A stretch of DNA of 64,000 nt from Mobula hypostoma (taxonomy: Eukaryota), in NCBI RefSeq assembly GCF_963921235.1, contig NC_086097.1, forward strand, positions 117,616,001 through 117,680,000, written 5' to 3'. Positions 38,273-52,052 of this stretch are shown here, piece by piece. Both the position numbers and the translations under genes were made by a program. Every line of letters begins with the position of its first letter. Within the stretch, counting starts at the first letter, position 1. The notes under the pieces were generated by a model. The model was not told the DNA's origin. It made no database searches and was given only the letters and a program-made list of their open reading frames with translations.

Positions 38273-39026
38273 ATGAAGATGCCCATGATGCTGGGCAGGC
38301 TAGTGCCCATGCTGGAGCTGGGCTGGACTCTGTGTGAATTTGTTCTGCCTATACTCCTCAGTGCAGAAGTGTGAAGTGCTATTTAAAGATCTTGTAGATT
38401 TGCGGTCTTGCACCTTATTGCCGTCACACATTGCAGACATAGTGCACAGTTAGTGGTAGGAGTAAATATCTCAGGTAGAGGAGAAACTGTCCATCAAGTG
38501 GTCTGCTGCATCCTGCAAGGTGCCGGTCATGGTAAGCTTTGATCAAGTGGCATTCATCCACACAAGCGAAAGGCATTCCGTCACACATTTGACTTGTGCC
38601 TTATTGATTTTGGAAAGACTTTGAGCATTTAGGAGGTGAATTATATCCCATAAAATACTCAACCTCTTACCTGCTGTACAGCCTCTTCATTAATGTAGCT
38701 GTTTCAGTCTGGTCTATCATTAAGGGTGACATACCCTTTGTTGATAATGGGTGATTCAGTGATGGTAATGGATTTGAACAGTGGGATGACAATCCTCTGT
38801 TGCCCAGAGAAAATGAAACATTAATTCAGAGAAAAGACAAAGAGTTATCACAAGCTTCTGGTTAATATTTAAGACTCCACCAACATCACTAAAATGACTA
38901 TTATTACATTGTTATTTGAAGCAACTGACTGTACATTAATTGTAACATTTCCTACATCTTAAGAGACACTATATTTAAAAAAAATTAAAAATATAATGGC
39001 TTACATCAAAATCAGAACGCTGAATA

Positions 39027-40350
39027 ATTGGTAATTGGTAAATGGTTTATTATTGTCACATGTACTGAAATGCAACGAAATAAAATGTTTTACATGCTAT
39101 TCAGATCATTTCAAACATAAATATGTTCAGTGGTCACTTTATTAGGTATCTCCCGTATTAAAGTGACCTCCACTAAATACATTTCTGTATGGTTGTGGTC
39201 TTTTGCTGCTGTAGCACATCCACTTCAAGATTTGACGTGCTGTATATTCAGAGATGCTCTCTGCACAGCGATCCACCAGTGCTCTATCAATGCTAGTATT
39301 GCATTGTAACACTTGTAATTGTAATGTGTGCTTGTTTGAGTTACTTTTGCCTTCCACAGCAGAACAACATTTCCAGAGATACTTAAACCGTGCCGTCTGG
39401 CACCAATGATCATTTTAGATCACATTCCTTTCCCATCTTGATGTTTGGTCTGAGCAACAACTGAATCTCGTGACCGTGGCTGTACACCGTTTATTCATTC
39501 AGCTACTGCCAATTATATATTTGCATTAATAAGTACAGGTATACCTAATAAAGTGGCAATTGAGTTCATGTATTGCAATAAGGTGAAAAATTTGTTTTGC
39601 ATGCCACTCAGATAACTTTGAAACATAAAAATATTGCAAGGTAGTACAAAGAAAAAACCAGTAACAGAATGCAGAATATGGTGATACAGTTGCAGAGAAC
39701 ATGCATAATAGTAGACAATAAGATGCAAGGGTTGTGACATGGTAGACTGCAAGTTCAAGAGTTCAACTTTATCACACTATAGGTCCATTCAATATTTTTA
39801 TAGCAGTGGGCCAGAACCTGTCCTTCAGTCTAGTGGTGTATGTTTTCAAGCTCTTGTACCTTCTGCCTGAAGGGAGCGGGGAGAAGAGAGAATGGCTTTG
39901 ATAGATAGGGTCTCTGGTTATGGTAGTTCCTTTCCTGTGACAGCAGGAGGTGTAGATAGAGTTTGTGGATGGGAGGGAAGTTTTTCATGATGGTCTGAGC
40001 TATGTCCACAAATCTCTGTAATACTCTGTAGTCCTGGGCATGGCAATTGAAGTTCACAACCTTCTTCACCTTAGCACCAGTTCTACACATGTGCTCTGCC
40101 TCATTGCTTGAAGTCGATTTCAAGCTCCTTTGTTTTGTTGCAATTGAGGGAAAGGTTGTTGTCTTGGCACCATGCTACCAGGCTCCCTATCTCCTTCCTG
40201 TACCTTATCTCGTTGTTATTTGACGACTTGTTTTGGCAGTGGGTGAAGGTTGTCAGGGAGGGTGAGTTGCTGTGTGTATCAAAGCACTTCATGATGGTGG
40301 ATGTCAGAGTCATCAGGGAATAGTCATTAAGGTACTTTATCTTTTTTTTG
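39027..40350 (-). mobile_element. Rex1/Babar LINE remnants, interrupted by a Tc1 derivative
   Basis: LNDYSLMTLTSTIMKCF; YRKEIGSLVAWCQDNNLSLNCNKTKELEIDF; PFRQKVQEL region; tail at 39027. Confidence 0.82.
39124..39566 (-). mobile_element. Tc1/mariner derivative, same family as 10105-10652
   Basis: TIRs tcagtggtcactttattagg / cctaataaagtggcaattga; MIIGARRHGLSIS on the minus strand. Confidence 0.82.
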
Positions 40351-40365
40351 GAACCAATATTATAG

Positions 40366-41316
40366 TAAACATAACATAGAAACATAGAAACCCTATGGCA
40401 AAATATAGGCCCTTCAGCCCACAAAGCTGTGCCGAACACGTCCTTACCTTAGAACTACCTACACTTACCTATTGCCCTCTATTTTTCTAAGCTCTATGTA
40501 TCCATCAAGGAGTCTCTTAAAAGACCCTATCGTTTCCGCCTCCACCACCACCACTGGCAGCCCATTCCACGCACTCACCACTCTCAGCGTAAAAAACTTA
40601 CATAGAAACATAGAAAATAGGTGCAGGAGTAGGCCATTCGGCCCTTCGAGCCTGCACCGCCATTTATTATGATCATGGCTGATCATCCAACTCAGAACCC
40701 CACCCCAGCCTTCCCTCCATACCTCCTGACCCCCGTAGCCACAAGGGCCATATCTAACTCCCTCTTAAATATAGCCAATGAACTGGCCTCAACTGTTTCC
40801 TGTGGCAGAGAATTCCACAGATTCACCACTCTCTGTGTGAAGAAGTTTTTCCTCATCTCGGTCCTAAAAGGCTTCCCCTCTATCCTCAAACTGTGGCCCC
40901 TCGTTCTGGACCTCCCCAACATCGGGAACAATCTTCCTGCATCGAGCCTGTCCAATCCGTTTAGGATTTTATACGTTTCAATCAGATCCCCCCTCAATCT
41001 TCTAAATTCCAACGAGTATAAGCCCAGCTCATCCAGTCTTTCTTCATATGAAAGTCCTGCCATCCCAGGAATCAATCTGGTGAACCTTCTTTGTACTCCC
41101 TCTATGGCAAGAATGTCTTTCCTCAGATTAAGTGACCAAAACTGCACACAATACTCTAGGTGTGGTCTCACCAAGGCCTTGTACAACTGCAGTAGTACCT
41201 CCCTGCTCCTGTACTCGAATCCTCTCGCTATAACTGCCAGCATACCATTCGCCTTTTTCACCACCTGCTGTACCTGCATGCCCACTTTCAATGACTGACC
41301 CCTGACATCTCCTCTG
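40366..41316 (-). mobile_element. CR1 3' end (40366-40599, resuming 41299-41316) with a young CR1 (40600-41298) inserted in it
   Basis: Two successive 3' tails; ORF 40692..41291; host resumes cccctgacatctcctctg. Confidence 0.92.
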
Positions 41317-42284
41317 TTGTCTTCTTAGAGCAGGTGTTAACCTCAGTTTGAAATAAGGGGAGGCTAAAAAAAGATGCAATATTCTTTTTTTCTTTTCAAT
41401 GTACCCTAGTTGCCTGATGGTATTCACATTGCAAAATTAATTATTGTAATGTGACCACTGTTGATTTCTTTTTATCGTGAGGTAATTTGCTGTGAATTAA
41501 TTTATGACCATCTCCATCTATGAGCCTATTCTAGTTAACTGTCATGAAATTTTGATTGGATGTGATTCCTTTCATTTTGTAGCAGAGTAACCATGGAAGT
41601 TAAGCAGCTGAATAGACGGGGAGCAGCATCTTTTTCTGCTTCATTATCAATCATTAATTTTCTGAGAAGAAGAATCAATGTTCCACCTTATAATAACTTG
41701 ATGACTTTCTACAAAATCCCCGCAACTCACTTGTATTTCTGTAAGCTATTGTGGACATGTTGCCTTAGCTAGTCAGACAATGGTAAAAGGCTCAAATATA
41801 TCATGAAAACCTGAGAAGCAGCCGAGTAATGGGAAAAAAACATAACAGAAAATAATAAATTATCCAGATCATAACAAGGAGGAGAGTGTACAAAGGGAGT
41901 TAGCTCCCTGCTTGGACTTGGTCTGGGATATTCCTGCTGGACAAAGAGCAGTCAGGAGAGGAGTGGGTTGACCACAAATTCTACAACCAGTCAATTCTGA
42001 GCACGACAAGGTGACTCCTTTCTGTACAGCTAGATCATCGCAACATTCGGTTGATAGTTCTGTCTTTGAGGTTCATTCTTTCTAATGCTCCTATTGGGTA
42101 CTTTCTAAAGAAGAGCAAAGACATTCTCCCAAAATCCATATCTAATACTTATCTCCCAGCTTCCAATGCCAAAAAAAGAGACTCATGATCCATTTTAAGA
42201 TGGCTGTTTGTGGCATCTTGTACTATGCTCATGTCCAAAGGTCTTTCCTGGGCCTAACATATTGATGCAATTACGAAGAAAGCA

Positions 42285-42590
42285 CAAAGCTGCTTTTTCT
42301 CATTAGGAGTTTGAGGAGATTTGATACGTCACCAAAGACTTTATCAAATATCTACAGGTGTACCGTGGGGGGAATTCCGGTGGTTGCATCACTGGCTGAT
42401 CTGGAGGCACCGATGCAGGGGATCAGAAAACACTGCAGAGGATTGTAAACTCAGCCAGCTCCATTTTTGGTACTAGCCTTGCCACCATCAAGAGCATCTT
42501 CAAAAGACAATGACTCAAGTGAGTAGTATCAACCACTAAGAACCCCCACTATCCAGAACATGCCCTCTTCTATGTGCTACCATCACTGGC
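42285..42590 (+). mobile_element. Rex1/Babar ORF C-terminal fragment
   Basis: IRSLRRFDTSPKTLSNIYRCTV..; HYPEHALFYVLPS. Confidence 0.75.
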
Positions 42591-43079
42591 AGGCCACTTC
42601 CAAAGAGGTTTTATCTACAGTTAATACTTTTCTTCACGGATGATACAAAATTGGGTCTTAGATGCCAGAGATTTCAGAGTGTCGAGGGAAAGTAGGGGAG
42701 CAAGCAGAGAAGAGTTAATTTTCCCGCCTGGGGGCGAGAGGTTAGAGGAATTTATATAAAGGTAACCTTCAGCAAAACTTTCTTCACTGGGATTTGTGAC
42801 CTTTTGCGACCTGCATTTCAACATCACTAACCTATGTGGAGTCAAGGCTCAAGGCCATTGAGTTTAAGGCCATGATCACCTACAGCTTCCTTGATTCGGT
42901 CGCTGCACTGATCTCTGATACAGCTCGCAGGTGTGCTCCTCATTACGACATCAAGAAGACAAGAACTCATTTAATTTCTTTCATCTCATCAGACCCTGCA
43001 TTGACTACCATTGTAAGCTTCCCCAAAGGACAGACATATATACCCTCAACTTGTCCTGCGTAGCGTATAACTTGTTCTC

Positions 43080-43937
43080 TTTCTTCTAATTTATTACGAG
43101 CTTGCAAAGATTTAGCATGTCACCTGAAACTTTGACTTAGTTCTACAGATGCACAGAGGAGAGTATGTCAACTGATTGCACCATGGACTGGTATGGAAAC
43201 ACCAATAACAAGAGAAAACCTACAGATGCTGGAAATCCGAGCAACACACACAAAATACTGGAGGAATTCAGCAGGCCAGGCAGCACTTATGAATAAAAGT
43301 ACAGTCAACGTTTTGGATCGAAACCCTTCGGCAGGACTTTTCTCCATAGATGCTGCCTGGTCTGCTGAGTTCCTCCAGCATTTTGTGTGTGTTGCATGGA
43401 AGTACCAATGCCCAGGAACAGAGAAGAATACAGAAGGTGGTGGATACAACCCAGTCCATCACAGGCAAGGCCGTCCCCATTATTAAGTACATTTACATGG
43501 AGCTGCCACTGCAAGAAAGCAGTATCCATCTTCAAGGACCCTCACCATCAGGTCAATCTCTCTTCTTGCCACTACCATCAGGCAGGAGGAACATGAGCCC
43601 GTAGGTCCCACACCTCCAGGTTCAGAAACAGCTAATATTCAAAAATCTCTGGGCTCCTGAACTGCCATGGGTAACTTCATCACCGTCACTCTGAACTGAT
43701 TCTGCGATGTTCAGTGACTCAATAACTCTTTGCAATTCCTGTTCTCAGAATTGTTTTTATTTGCCCAGTTTCTTTTCTTTTGCACACTGATTGTCAGTAT
43801 TTAATTTTTTATACAGTTTTATTGTAAAATTCAAATGTATTTACGTTTTTCCTGCAAATGCCTGAATAAAATTAATTGCGAGGTAAGTATATGGTAAGAT
43901 ATACATACCTTAATAATAAATTAACTTTGAACTTTGA
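43080..43937 (+). mobile_element. Rex1/Babar 3' portion, split by a PLE mini-element
   Basis: KAVSIFKDPHH..LPLPSGRR; 3'UTR with aataaa and (actttga)n tail. Confidence 0.85.
43207..43395. mobile_element. Palindromic PLE-derived mini-element with mutated hammerhead and TSD
   Basis: Inverted arms around agtcctgccgaagggtttcgatccaaaacgttgact (minus). TSD atggaaacaccaat/atggaagtaccaat at 43193-43206 and 43396-43409. Confidence 0.85.
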
Positions 43938-44524
43938 CTCATGAAGGCTGATGAGGGGAGGGTGTTTGATTTAATCTCTATGTACATTATTAAGGCCTTT
44001 GATAAAGTCCTGCATGGTTGACTGACGTGAAAAGTTACTCCTTGCAGAGACCTCCCTGACAAAACTCTGCTGGGATGTCTTAGTTTTAGCTTGGGTTTCC
44101 TTCTTCTCAAGCAACATGCTAACTGCTGGTATTATTCTCCAGCAGCCTGGCCAGATCTGTCTGACCACTGGAAACGCTCCCTCTCTTGTCTAGTCATTGA
44201 ACTGCCTGTGGTTGAAACTGTAACACTCTTCAGCAGCTGAAATGTGAATATGTCCTGCTCAGGAAGAAAAGTTGAGTTCATGCCCGTGAGGCTATGTGCC
44301 GACAGCTGTGAGATTGTGTAACAGATCAACAGGGCAGAGCATGTTAAAACTGATATAGTGCATCACAGCACTATCTGATGAAGCTGTTCTGGAAGCTGGC
44401 AATTTAATATCATGCTATTCATAGGATATAATAAACTGTGTTGTAATTATATTGAATGATATTTTTGCAATATTAAAAAGTAATACAGCAACTGCTAGGC
44501 CATGCTTTCTCATCACTATATGTT

Positions 44525-44910
44525 GGAACAGGTCTGACATCAATATCTGTCCTGCTTTAATTGGTATATATTCAAAGGTTATGATCGATGCCCTTGGTGT
44601 AATTACGAGTATATATTCACAGCCTGTGATCGATACCTGTAGAGTTTATACAGTATGTGTGTGCGTTGACAGGATGTGATTGATATTTGCAGTGCTTTAA
44701 TGGGTATATTTAAGTAGACTATAATTAATATCTACAGTGACTTTATTAGTATATATACACTGGCTGTGATCAATACCTGCAGTGCTTTTTATCAATGTAC
44801 AGTACATTCATAGACTATGATTGATGTTTGCAGTGTTTTTCTGGATATACATACTCAGGTTGTGATCAATATTTGCAATGATTTTATAAGTATGCACATA
44901 CAAGATTTGA
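44525..44910. repeat. Degenerate ~40-45-bp minisatellite, about 8-9 units
   Basis: Recurrent cacaggctgtgatcaatatttgcagtgcttta..gtatata. Confidence 0.75.
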
Positions 44911-45872
44911 TGATATGATGAGCTGAAAATAGCAGATGGAATTTAACAAAGACAAATGTGAGATGTTGCCCTTAGGGAAGATAGACCACGGTAGGACTTA
45001 CATTGTGAATTGCAGGGGACCGAATAATGTGGTAGAACAAAGGGATCTGGGACTATATATAGGCATCCGTTAGTCTTGTGAGACCATGGATTTACCCTTG
45101 GAAGGTTTCCAGGGCGCAGGCCTGGGCAAGGTTGTATGGAAGACCAGCAGTTGCCCATGCTGCAAGTCTCCCCTCTCCATGCCACCGATGTTGTCCAAGG
45201 GAAGGGCATTAGGACCCATACAGCTTGGCACAGAGTAATATGTGGTTAAGTGCCTTGCTCAAGGACAAAACACGTTGCCTCAGCCAAAGCTCGAACTAGC
45301 GACATTCAGATTACTAGATGGATGCCTTAACCACATGGCCACGCGCCAACACTCGGACTACAGACCTACAAATCCTTGAAAGTGGTGTCACAGGTAGTTA
45401 GGGTCTGAAAGAGAGCTTTGGCACATTGGCCTTTATAAATCAAAGCATAGAGCACAAGAATTGATGTTATGTTGAAGATTAAGACAGTATAAGACATTAA
45501 TGAGACCTACTGTTGGGGGCATTTCCGGTCTCCTACCTACAGAAATGAGAGCAGTATGATTGAAAGAGTGCAGGGAAGATTTACAAAGATGTTGCTGGGA
45601 CTTGAAGGCTGAGTTATAGGAAAAAGCTAAATAAGTTAGGATTTTATTCCCTAGAGCATAGGAGAATGAGGCAATTGTGGAACGAGCTACCAGCAGAAAT
45701 AGCGGATGTGGGTTTGAGTTCAACATTTAAGAGAAATTTGGATAAGTCCATCGATGGGAAGGATATGGAGGCTATGGTCCAGGTGCTTGTCAATGGGACT
45801 AGGCAGGATAACAGTTCATCACAGACTAGATGGGCCAAAGGGCCTGTTTATGTATTGTGGTACCCTATGACT
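44911..45872 (+). mobile_element. Old CR1 3' fragment split by a SINE
   Basis: cagatggaatttaac..aaatgtgag; ttgtggaacgagctacc; older-type 3'UTR. Confidence 0.82.
45056..45351 (-). mobile_element. tRNA-derived CORE-like SINE, tail type B
   Basis: Same head as the SINE at 10696; imperfect TSD ctgggacta/ctcggacta. Confidence 0.88.
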
Positions 45873-46364
45873 GAGGAATGCATTGCAAGCACTCCATCCT
45901 CCTCCTTGCACTTTTGAACCAACATGCCCAACGCTAATCACTACCTCATTACAGCGACACTTTGAGCACTTTGCATGGAAGTGGACTATTCCTTTTGATC
46001 TAATTGGGAAAAAAATATGTAATTTATGTCTAATTTATAATTTGCTTGTGTAGGATCTGTCTCTAAAGCTATGTGTCTGTCCTAAGCACGTTTTTGATTG
46101 TATCTGTACCCATGCGTACATGTCCTTGTGCAAACATTAAAACTTAACTTACATTTGCACACGGACACATACGCATTCCATACACTTTTATTTCAAACAC
46201 GCACCAGCTACACTGACACATATGGAGACACATCCTCATAGCACCTGTTCATCCTGCATTCTCTATATCTGTGTTCAAACACATTCATATGTACTGTATC
46301 AGTTAAGACAGGGTTCAAGGTTGTGATAGACGGTGGGAAGGGGGTGATGCAGGGATAAGCTCCT

Positions 46365-47822
46365 GTAATACCATGGCCTCATAGCGTGTTAAGCAGCCTC
46401 ATGTGTGGCACCTTGTCAAAAGCCTTCGCACTGACTGATTCTCCTTTGTCTATCCTGCTTGTTATTTCTGCAAAGATTTCAACAGATTTACAAAGGAAGA
46501 TTTTCCCTTGATGAAACATGCAGCCTATGGCCTATTTTATTATGACTGACCAGCATATAATTTCCTTTCTTCTGCAAGACTGAAATAACATTTGCAATTT
46601 TCCAGACTTGCGGAACTATTCTTCAGCTAAGAGGTTCCCAAAAGATCATTACTAAAACCACCACAAACTTCTTAGCCACTTTTTTCAGAACCCTGGGTGT
46701 ATAGCATCTAGTCCAGGTGTCTTATCTGTCTTCAGACCTTTCAGTTTCCCAAGGACCTTCTCCCTGGTAATGGTAACTTCATGCACTTTATGACCTCTGA
46801 CACCTGGAACTTCTACCATACTGCTAGTGTTTTCCACAGTGAAGTCTGATGCCATCTCCTTGTCCACTATTACTACCTTTCCAGCACCATTTTCCAGTGG
46901 TCTAAGATCCACTCTCGCCTCTCTTTTACACTTCATGTATCTAAAGAAACCTTTGGTATCCTCTTTAATATTATTGGTGGGCTTATCTTCATATTCCATC
47001 TTTCCTTCTTAATGACATTTTTTTAGTTGTGTTCTATTGGTATTTACAAGCTTCCCAATCTTCTAACTTCCCACTAATATGTTCTCTATTATATGCCTCT
47101 CTTTGTCTTACATGTTGACTTTGAGTTCTCCTGTTAGCCACAGCTATGTCATCTTTCCTTTAGGATACTTCCTTTTTGGGACATATATAGCCTGTGTCTT
47201 TCAAAATGTTCCAGAAATACCAGTCGTCGCTGCTCTGCCGTCATGCTTGCCAGTGTTCTTTTCCAATCAATTCTGGCCAACTCCTCTCTCATGCCTCTGT
47301 AATCCCCTTCTGTAATATTGATACATCTGACTTAGATTTTCTTTCTCAAATTTCAGGGTGAATTTGATCATAATATGATCACTTGCTTCTAAGGGTTCTT
47401 TTCCCTTAAGCTCTCTAATCAATTTTGATTCATTGCCAGACTCCCAATCCAGAATATCTGATCCCCTAGTGGGTTCTACTATGAGCTGCTCTAAAAAGCC
47501 ATCTCACAGGCATTCTAGCAATTCCCCCTCTTGGAATCCAGCACCAATCTGATTTTCCCCATCTACCTGCATGTTGAAATTCCCCATTACTATTGTAACA
47601 CTGTCCTTCTGGCAAGCATTTTCTATCTCCTGTTGTAATTTGTAGATCACATCCTTACTCTTGTTAGGGGACAACAAGCTCCCAGCTATAATCTTCTTTT
47701 AGCCATGATTTGGTGATGCCCACATCATTCATGTCAATCTGTACCTTATCCCATATACTACGTGCATTCAAATATAACACCTGTATTCATCCTTTTCGAT
47801 CTTGTCCACCTGCATCTATCTT
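46365..47822 (-). mobile_element. Degenerate CR1 ORF2 fragment (EN to start of RT)
   Basis: ORF 46685..46999 NIKEDTKGFFRYMKCKREARVDLRPLEN..REKVLGKLKGLK. Confidence 0.88.
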
Positions 47823-47984
47823 GCTCTTCTGGCAGCTTGCCCTTCAGGTAACAGTTACTTGTGGTAGGAAGCTGCAGTGTCAGAATGCAAGGCCTCCCAA
47901 CTGCACACAAAGATTCACAAAGAGATGAACATTTGACAGGTCATTTTCTGGTTTTTTTGGGAATTAAAGGTGAATGGATGGAAA

Positions 47985-48657
47985 AATCAGAATCAGAATC
48001 ACTGATACATACCGTGAACTTTGTTGCTTTGCAGAAGTACAGTGCAGTGCAGAAAAAGTACTACAAGTTACTATAAGATATACAGTATAAAAAATTAAGT
48101 AGTGTGAAAAGGGAGCAAAAAATGAAGTAGTGTGCATGGGTTGCTGGTCCATTCCGAAATCTGATCACTGAGGAGAAGAAGCCTTCATAAAATGTTGAGT
48201 GTGTATCTTCAGGCTCTTGTTCCTCCTCTCTGATGGTGGTACTGAGAAGAGTTCTTGTCCTGGGGATGGATGTCAACTTTTAGTGGCATTGCCTTTTGAA
48301 AATATCCTCCATAATGAAGCTGGGCATCAGCTCCAGTGGTGATACAATCCTCTGCAGTGTTTTCCAATCCTATGCATTGGCACGTTTATACTAGGTGGTG
48401 ATACAACCAGTCAGATGCTCTCCACGGTATATCTGTAGAAATATACTAGAGTCTCTGGTGACATAAGAAATCTCGTCAAATTCCTAATGAAGGCTGGCGT
48501 GCCTTCTTTGTAATTGCAACAATATGTTGGGTCCAGGATAGATCCAGAGATGTTGACACCCAGAAACCTGTAGCTGCTCATCCTTCCCTCTGCTGACCCT
48601 TCAATGAGGACTCGGATGTGCTGTCCCAACTTCCTCTTCCTGAAGTCCACAATCAGT
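47985..48657 (-). mobile_element. Rex1/Babar 3' portion
   Basis: ORF 48411..48650 DFRKRK..YRFLGVNIS..FYRYTVESI; (tctgat)n tail. Confidence 0.82.
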
Positions 48658-50292
48658 GAGGAAAGTCACTTCCACATAATCATCTTGGCTCCAAGGAATC
48701 TGTTGGGAACAACTGGGAAGAATGTTGGGAATACATGCTGGCATACTTGGCATTTGATTAGCCTGTCAGAATCACTCTGTAAAATAAAGAGAAATTTGTC
48801 CAAATTCTCTATGAGATCAGGAGATCATATCTAGTCAAGATCTGATACACATACTTGTGGTAACCAAAGCAGTCCTCAGGCAATGCACTGTCCAACAGAA
48901 CCTGTTTCTTCTTCTGTATAGCTTTAGTGCAAGTCCATTGGGTTCCTTCTCAAGGGTGGTAGCAACAACGTGGTTTCTTGCATCAGCGGACTGCTACTCA
49001 GAGTGAACAAACCGATGCCATGGTGGATCACACCACACTCACTGGGAAGGAGCTAATTGTTGTACAGGAAAGCTATGGGGAAAATTGAGATCAGGGAAGG
49101 CATTAATTAGCCATCTCCTGTATTACAACAATACAACATAGTTAAAGGAATACCCCTGCCACTTAATTTGCAGTTCAGGACAGGTTTGTTTTGGCAATTA
49201 TTATTCTGTGCATTCAAGTTGCCATCCCTCGACACTGCAATGAAAGAGGTATATTTTAGCTGTCTAGAATTGGTGCTGACAAGCTCTGGGACCGGCCACT
49301 ATTATTAAATATTCAAAGGGGTTCCACTGGTAGGAATGTGCTACCATTGTAAATATGTAATCCTGCAATTTTACCTGTCTACATTTAAAAAATGTACATG
49401 TAATTATAGCCACTGCAGCTTTACATAATCATATATTGTCATTTTTTGTATTCAACAAGTATAAAACACTCTTTGTAAGAAGTGGAGAACAAAATTCTCA
49501 CACAGGAGCTGCTGTCTTTTATCAAAATATTTATAACTACTTGCTGCTATTGGGTGGTTCGGTTTCGTCCCTCACAATAAAACTAATTCATTTCCCATTA
49601 TTGAGGTCACTCACCTTTGTACAGAGTTGGTTTCTGCCCATCTTCATTAGTCAATCAGACATCATTGTGCCTTACTTCATAAAGATATGCTATCCCTATT
49701 GACTTCTCATTTGTGACAGGTCTGATAGTTAGAGAATATTGATGGTAGAAACAAAAAAAACAGAAAATGTGAGAAAGACTGGGCAAGTGGTAACATCCAG
49801 CATTTCTGCTTTTGTTCCAGATTTCCAGAATTTGCAGTTTTCTTTATTTTCATTGGAGGTGAACAAATGAGACAGAAATACAGTCACTGGTAGGTTCAAT
49901 TTAATACATCTATGATTTACTACATCTGCAGACTCTCTTATGTCTATGATAAGATTCTCCCTCTTCTGTAGCTGTCTGTACCTCAACAATTGTGATGTCA
50001 TTGGGTTTACTGATTGCAAAGTTTCTAAACTCAAACTTAAACCCTAGTGGATATAAGTAGCCACAAATACTCTCTCTAGAGGGAGATTATACTCTAACTA
50101 CCTAATCTTCGAAGACTAGTTTGCTTCCCTGTTTATTCTATGCTGTGAATTTTAGCTGCAAATACCCATTATAGGAGCAGTAGTTACCCCTGCCCTACCA
50201 AGGGGAAGATACTTACAGCTAACAATGTAGTGTAAAACATAGATCATTTATTTACAGTGATATACATATGAAATATACATATTTCAGTGAAA

Positions 50293-50600
50293 GTTGGCAT
50301 GTGGCCAAGTGGTTAAGGTGTCGGTCTAGTGACCTGAAGGTCTCTAGTTCGAGCCTCAGCTGAGGCAGCATGTTGTGTCCTTGAGCAAGGTGCTTAACCA
50401 CACATTGCTCTGCGATGACACCGGTGCCAAGCTGTATCAGCCCTAGTGTCCTTCCCTTGGACAACATAGGTGGCGTGGAGAGGGGAGACTTGCAGCATGG
50501 GCAACTGCCAGTCTTCCATACAACCTTGCCTAGGTCTGCACACTGGAAACCTTCCAAAGCACAAATCCATGGTTTCACGAGACTACCAGATGCCTATATA
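50293..50600 (+). mobile_element. tRNA-derived CORE-like SINE, tail type B
   Basis: Reverse-complement match to 45056-45351; A and B boxes present. Confidence 0.88.
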
Positions 50601-51833
50601 CATATGGATCCACACATTTAAAACGTGGAGAGGATTTCCATACTGAGCATTTATTTTACAATTACAAACACTTTCTAAAACACTAAACATTTCTTAAATT
50701 CAAAAGATTTTCAAAACACAGGTACAATTCCTATAAACTAAAAATACATACCATGAAGTGGACGAGCAGGTTGTCCTTTGCAGAAACTCAATCTAGAGGA
50801 ATGGATTCTATTCACCCCATTGTCCTATTATTCTTCTTGATGTTTTTCAACCATTCCTAACAAGCTTGGACTTCTCCTTACAACTGTGCCCTTTTGTTAA
50901 CATTTGGGTGACTTTGTATGCAAATAGTATTTCCTTAGAGGTCCTTTCAACGCAAAACAGTCTAAAAATATTTTGGAGACATAGTCCTTCAGCTACTTAT
51001 ATGAATTCTATAGAACTGTGAAACTAACTTCCTTGAGCACATAATACCTTCTAACTGTAAATACATCATAATTATTGATATGCTAAATAATATTAACAAT
51101 CTATTCTACAAGCTTCCTTGAAAAAACAACTTAAGAGTCAGTTTGTCTATTTGAAGCAATCTGAATGAAACAACTCATTGGCTTATATGTTAGAAAAGCA
51201 ATAAAGCAAGTAATTTTAACTTCAGAGTCTGCAGAGCACACTTACTTTAAATGTAGGAAGTTGGGTAGGAAAATTATCTGTGTTGAATTTATTGAAGCAC
51301 AGACATATCTCTTGCACATTCTAGCACACCCTTGCTAGTTCATGTCTTCAGTGAGGAAACCTTATGCAATCCCTTACTATGCCTCATGTGCTTAACTCAT
51401 TGAAGATTGTATTAGGAGTATTGCATTGCTTTAGGTGGACCTGACTTCTGAAGGAAATGTCCAAGGAAAGATCAGTTTTGATTGTGAACCATCTATAGGA
51501 GCTTATTTATTATTGTCACGTGTACCAAGATATAATGAAAAGCAACCAGGCATACAATGTCATACACAGTACATCAATGGAGTAGAAAAAAAATAGCAGA
51601 ATGCAGCATGTAGTGTGGCAGCTAAAGAAAGAGCAGAATACAAGTATCAGAATCAGAAACAGATTCAGGTATAACATAACTGCCTTAGAGTATGTCATGA
51701 TATTTGTTGTTTTGTGGAGGCAACAAGATACAATATATAATAAAAACAACTACAAATTACAGTAAGAAAATATACATGTGCATAATGAATTAAATTAAAT
51801 AAATAGATCAAAGAGAGCAAAAATAAGTTATCA

Positions 51834-52052
51834 ATTGAGTGGCATTTCTGTGGGTGCAAATACTTTGATAATGAAGGAGGTCAGAGGAGAATAGCCAGAC
51901 TGCTTCGAGTTGACAGAAAGAACTCAAATAACCACTCATTACAAAGTGGTGTGCAGAAGAGCATCTCTGAATGCACAGCACTTCGAACCTTGAAGTGCCG
52001 GGATTACAGCAGCCGAGGACCAGGAGGTACCTAATAAAATGATCACTGAGTG
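51834..52052 (+). mobile_element. Tc1 derivative fragment
   Basis: Matches 10400-10560 and ends cctaataaaatgatcactgagtg-ta. Confidence 0.75.

Noticed and set aside
44525..44910. CRISPR-like array
   Set aside because: Eukaryotic context, degenerate units, no unique spacers or cas genes.
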